A stretch of DNA of 47,364 bases, taken from the IMG/VR virus record IMGVR_UViG_3300010376_000013, positions 1 to 47,364 of that record. One strand, given 5' to 3'. Each line of letters begins with the position of its first letter. Position 1 is the stretch's first letter. Position numbers and translations under genes: made by a program. Positions 44,042 to 47,364 of the stretch are shown here, in pieces. Under the pieces are notes generated by a model. The model had not been told where the DNA came from, searched no databases, and saw nothing but the letters and a program-made list of their open reading frames with translations. This DNA comes from a virus (Duplodnaviria > Caudoviricetes).

Positions 44042-45329
44042 AGCCCATACTCCTGGCAAGTTCTTCGTAGAAAATGAGCAATCCGTCGCTGGTCTGCTCC
44101 AGCATGAGTTCGTGCGCGGCCCAGATAAGACTGTCGGCGCGGTTCGGGCTGCGCTCGCCCTTGTAGCCGTTGGTGGTGAAGCTGAGAAGCTCGTCCTCGA
44201 GAAGCGGAAAGTCGCCGCAGTGGTACATCTTGTCCATTTCGTACAGAGCCGACACCGGCTCGGCGCGCACGACCTTGCCGCGCGTCGCGGTGACTCTCTT
44301 GAAGGGGACGTTGCCATCGACGGCGTGAATGGTGGACCGGACCATGTCGCCGCCGAAGTTCGACTCACCGACGATGCAGTCCGCCCCATGCCGCCGGTAC
44401 ATCTGCACGGCGGTGCTCCCCCAGACCTCGGGCGGTCCGCGCAGCGAACCGTCTTCGAGCAGATAGCCCTTGCCCTGATACTTGCCGAGCGCCGTCAGTC
44501 CTATCTCGTCGGAGCGCTTATCTTCTTCGCCCTTCGCGCCGGAGGGGTCGATCGAAATAACGACTCTATCGAAGTGCGGGGGAACTATGAGCTGGCGCTG
44601 GCGCTCCAAAAGCTCGGTCGTCCAGAGGGCGTCTTCCAACTCGGCCACCGGAATGCCCTGCAGGAAGCGCTTCTTGTAGCGTTCCGGCATGGCTTCGAGC
44701 GAAGCGATGAACGCGGGGTCGATGTTGTCCCGGTTGTCCTCCGGGTTCATTTGCATCCATTGGTAATTCTCGGGGTCGGGGAGCTTCGCCTTGGTAAGCG
44801 GATTCAAGTGCTGGATGAATTCGCGCTCGGTCCAGTGAATATTGTTCGTCGGGTTCAGGTCGTAGTACGCCCGGTTCTTCAAACCCGGAATTTTCTGCGC
44901 AAGCCGAGTGCGCAATACCAGGATGCTTGCGTATGGAATCTGGGAGCACTCATTCGGGTAGATCGTAGCAAATTCCTTACCCAGGACTTTTTCGATGCGT
45001 TCCTTGTCGTCGAGTCCGCTGAACCATATTTCCGAGCCATTCGGGAGTAGATCGTAGCCATCCTGTATCTTCTTGTCCGTTTTGACGTTGGGGAAGCAAT
45101 CGCGCATCACCTTGGCGTAGGTATCGAGGCGGATCGACTGGTGGCAGGCATTGGCCGCTTGGCGGAAAATGCCGTGCCGGGAACCCTTGGCCCGCAGCGC
45201 GCGTATGACGATGTTGCGAACGATGATGAAGGTCTTGCCGGACCTTGCTCCGCCCCGCAGCAGGGTATGCCGCTGCGCGCCAGCGCATAGCGACACGGCT
45301 TGTTTCTGCTTGGGGGTGAGGACGAACAT
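44007..45329 (-). CDS. terL: Terminase large subunit
   Basis: Walker A GGARSGKT, DLNP; nuclease IDPS...ESNFGG...ADSL. Confidence 0.9.
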   Translation of the reverse strand: MFVLTPKQKQAVSLCAGAQRHTLLRGGARSGKTFIIVRNIVIRALRAKGSRHGIFRQAANACHQSIRLDTYAKVMRDCFPNVKTDKKIQDGYDLLPNGSEIWFSGLDDKERIEKVLGKEFATIYPNECSQIPYASILVLRTRLAQKIPGLKNRAYYDLNPTNNIHWTEREFIQHLNPLTKAKLPDPENYQWMQMNPEDNRDNIDPAFIASLEAMPERYKKRFLQGIPVAELEDALWTTELLERQRQLIVPPHFDRVVISIDPSGAKGEEDKRSDEIGLTALGKYQGKGYLLEDGSLRGPPEVWGSTAVQMYRRHGADCIVGESNFGGDMVRSTIHAVDGNVPFKRVTATRGKVVRAEPVSALYEMDKMYHCGDFPLLEDELLSFTTNGYKGERSPNRADSLIWAAHELMLEQTSDGLLIFYEELARSMGYGDKSRDQAAA

Positions 45330-45340
45330 CGTCAAAGCTC

Positions 45341-45709
45341 CTACAGCTCCGCCTCGTCGGGGGTAATCGTTATGATCAGTTCCTTCGTTTCCTTCGACTG
45401 CAACTGGATGGGAAGGAGCTTGCTGTACAGCTTGTAGAAGTCCGTGCGGTTGTTGCGCGCCCACTCGGCGAACTTCTCGCGCCCGCCGATGTCGTAGAAG
45501 CAGCGGGCGATGACCTCCTTCACTTCGATGGTCATGGCTTGCTGGCTGCCCTTGTTCGTCTTCAATCCCTTCGTCGCGGGGAGCAACTCCGCCTCGACGG
45601 GCACCGGCATGTTGGCTTCGCGCATGATCCGAAGATATTCGCCCCGGTTCCGGTCCTGCAAACGATGGCGATAGGCTATCTTGCGCGTTGCTGCGACTGT
45701 GCGTGCCAT
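45341..45709 (-). CDS. terS: Terminase small subunit
   Basis: Directly upstream of TerL; VKEVI..CF..IGG...WA..N...FY.L..KLLP motif. Confidence 0.7.
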   Translation of the reverse strand: MARTVAATRKIAYRHRLQDRNRGEYLRIMREANMPVPVEAELLPATKGLKTNKGSQQAMTIEVKEVIARCFYDIGGREKFAEWARNNRTDFYKLYSKLLPIQLQSKETKELIITITPDEAEL

Positions 45710-45733
45710 GACGAATCCTAGAGCTCAACTATT

Positions 45734-45780
45734 GTATTCAGTGATATCAAAATCGTATTCAGTGATATCAAAATATCACT
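45734..45780. repeat. 20-bp tandem repeat plus overlapping inverted repeat upstream of terS
   Basis: GTATTCAGTGATATCAAAAT at 45734 and 45755; AGTGATAT-CAAA-ATATCACT at 45761-45780. Confidence 0.9.
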
Positions 45781-45989
45781 CTTCACTCGCCGCGCGGGGT
45801 AGCGACGTCCTTTTTCCGCGGAAGTATACAATTATACACCGGGCGGCGAGTATACTTTTACACTTCCTCCAGCTCCGTGCGGCGCTCGTCGCGCGACGCG
45901 CTAAGTCCGGGCGCAACAACGTTTTTCGGACGTCGCCCTCCGCGTCAGGGTACCGCGTGCGGCGTGCGGGGCGCAACAAATCACCGAAA

Positions 45990-46275
45990 TTTTGCTCATT
46001 TTACGCATTAAACCTAAGCAAAACAAACACTTACGAATGTGTAAATCAATGTGTAAAGGTATCATTTTGTACTAAAAACAATAACTTAGATACCAATTAC
46101 TTACACTTTACACAATTACAGTATATAAATTAAGTATAGGAAAATAATTAAATACCTTATACAAAAGGTTAAAAACGAATGTGTAAACGTAAAGTGTAAA
46201 ATCAATCATCCACGACATTTTCTCCGAAAAGTAGTACCTTTTTACAGTAGTACCTTTTTATATAAGTATACTTCC
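45990..46275. other. AT-rich non-coding region with GTGTAA(A) repeats, candidate replication origin
   Basis: Sharp AT enrichment in a GC-rich genome; repeated GTGTAA(A)/(T)TTACAC. Confidence 0.5.
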
Positions 46276-46280
46276 AGGAC

Positions 46281-46313
46281 AACAAAAAGCCCGACTCGCG
46301 CCGGGCTCTTTGT
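46281..46313 (-). terminator. Rho-independent terminator
   Basis: Minus strand AGCCCGG-CGCGA-GTCGGGCT-TTTTGTT just after the 46317 stop. Confidence 0.75.
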
Positions 46314-46316
46314 ATA

Positions 46317-46556
46317 CTATTTGCCTTTGCTAAATCGCAGCATCTGCCACGACAGACCGAACACCTTAGGGCTGAACTCGCGGAATCCATTCGTGCTGAC
46401 TCGACCGTCCGTGCCGAGATGCAGAGGCGGCGTGCCGCCCATCGCAGTATACTTTTCGCCGGTGTGGCTTTGTATACTTTCGCCGATCCGCACCGGGCGC
46501 AGTGTTAGCGAGTGGACCAGAATCCAGCCGAACTTCTCGATGGTATTTGTATACAT
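46317..46556 (-). CDS. Hypothetical protein
   Basis: GAGG RBS; followed by a terminator. Confidence 0.6.
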   Translation of the reverse strand: MYTNTIEKFGWILVHSLTLRPVRIGESIQSHTGEKYTAMGGTPPLHLGTDGRVSTNGFREFSPKVFGLSWQMLRFSKGK

Positions 46557-46632
46557 TTCGCATTTCCTCGTTGGTCGAAATTAGGGGCGCATTGCGCGCC
46601 CCGTACCTGTTGCCGTTGTATACTTTGCAGCG

Positions 46633-46986
46633 TTACGCGATGCGGATGAACTCGCGTTCGCTGTCCCAAGCCAGATCGCCGCGCCAGCCGCCCTTGGCCA
46701 GATAATCGGCAACCGACATGCCCGACTTGTAAAGGGCATACCGTTTCGCGCTCGCGCCCCGCTTGGGGTTTTCCTTTTGCAGAAGCGTGATTTTCGCATT
46801 GTCGGCGAACGTCGCGCGGCGCTCGATCTGCTTGCCCTTGGCCTGCTTGCCCTTGGCCTGCTTGGCGGGCTTGCCCTTGGCCTGCTTGCCCTTGGCCTGC
46901 TTGGCGGGCTTGCCCTTGGCCTGCTTGGTGCCCTTGGTGGAAACCTTGGTGCCGGACACGATAACTTCGCTGCTATTGGTAGCCAT
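46633..46986 (-). CDS. Lys/Ala-rich histone-like protein with C-terminal NPKR domain
   Basis: GAGG RBS; KQAKG/KPAK repeats; ENPKRGASAKRYALYK...DLAWD. Confidence 0.7.
   Translation of the reverse strand: MATNSSEVIVSGTKVSTKGTKQAKGKPAKQAKGKQAKGKPAKQAKGKQAKGKQIERRATFADNAKITLLQKENPKRGASAKRYALYKSGMSVADYLAKGGWRGDLAWDSEREFIRIA
46828..46938. repeat. Coding tandem repeat (CTTGCCCTTGGCCTG units, about 39-bp period)
   Basis: Directly visible; encodes KQAKG/KPA repeats. Confidence 0.9.
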
Positions 46987-47241
46987 GATGATAACCTCGT
47001 TTTGAAAGATGGATGGGGCTTTGCCCCGAATTGCCGACCGCGTTTCGCTGCCGACAGGTGCATCATGCCATAGTCGATCCACGGAAAACTGCGAACCAGT
47101 GCTCACTTTACAATTCTTTACATTTGGCCTGCGCCAGCCTGTGCGGGGTGCGGGGCATGCCCCGCGACTAAGAGCACCGGGCGCGCGGATACCACAACCA
47201 ATCCATGAAAACTGTGCGCCAGCGCACATCTTGGAAATGTA

Positions 47242-47364
47242 ATTGTATACTTTCCGTCCAAACGGCGGCTGACCCACTGGATCCCCCTGGACGCGCGGAA
47301 ATGGACCCTGGACTTGCTATGGGTCCAGCCCCGCGCGTCCTGTGCGTCCATGCAGGTCTGTTTC
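47242..47364. repeat. Terminal direct repeat, right copy
   Basis: Identical to 1-123. Confidence 0.95.

Noticed and set aside
38426-44077. Long plus-strand ORFs (643 aa, 740 aa) and similar ones at 1232-2413, 10080-11201 and 24379-26046
   Set aside because: All lie antisense to well-supported minus-strand genes and look like codon-bias shadows
44042-44389. N-terminal extension of the portal ORF
   Set aside because: Alternative-frame read of the TerL 3' end; AGGAG precedes ATG 44041
45330-45728. In-frame N-terminal extension of TerL overlapping terS
   Set aside because: Extension looks non-protein-like; a good RBS (AGGAG) precedes ATG 45329
46828-46938. Possible CRISPR-like or non-coding repeat array
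   Set aside because: Units are contiguous with no unique spacers and are in frame within a Lys-rich gene
47242-47364. 123-bp repeat as a proven physical terminal repeat
   Set aside because: Cannot be distinguished from a circular assembly overlap without reads
1-47364. Integrase, repressor, tRNA genes, reverse transcriptase/DGR
   Set aside because: No supporting motifs found by eye; a dedicated tRNA or HMM scan was not possible

Overview
The window appears to be a complete, roughly 47.2 kb tailed dsDNA phage genome with a siphovirus-type tail. It has a 123-bp direct repeat at both ends and essentially all genes on the minus strand. Reading along the minus strand, the order is: terminase, portal fused to a gpF-like domain, protease/scaffold, capsid, head-tail genes, two glycosyltransferase-like genes, tail tube, frameshifted tail chaperones, tape measure, tail fibre/hub, an unrecognised lysis-position cassette, primase-helicase plus a J-domain protein, small early genes, ligase, putative SSB, family A DNA polymerase, methyltransferase, exonuclease, VRR-NUC, SNF2 helicase and a thymidine-modification cluster. 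I saw no integrase or repressor, so it is probably lytic. The most notable system is the modification cluster: HD nucleotidase, dUMP hydroxymethylase, DUF3310, a 5-hmdU DNA kinase-like protein and two tandem GREB1/TAGT-like glycosyltransferases, with no recognisable amino-acid:DNA transferase. This suggests a sugar-bearing (base J-like or sugar-phosphate) thymidine hypermodification. All family assignments come from motif recognition by eye, not from database searches.
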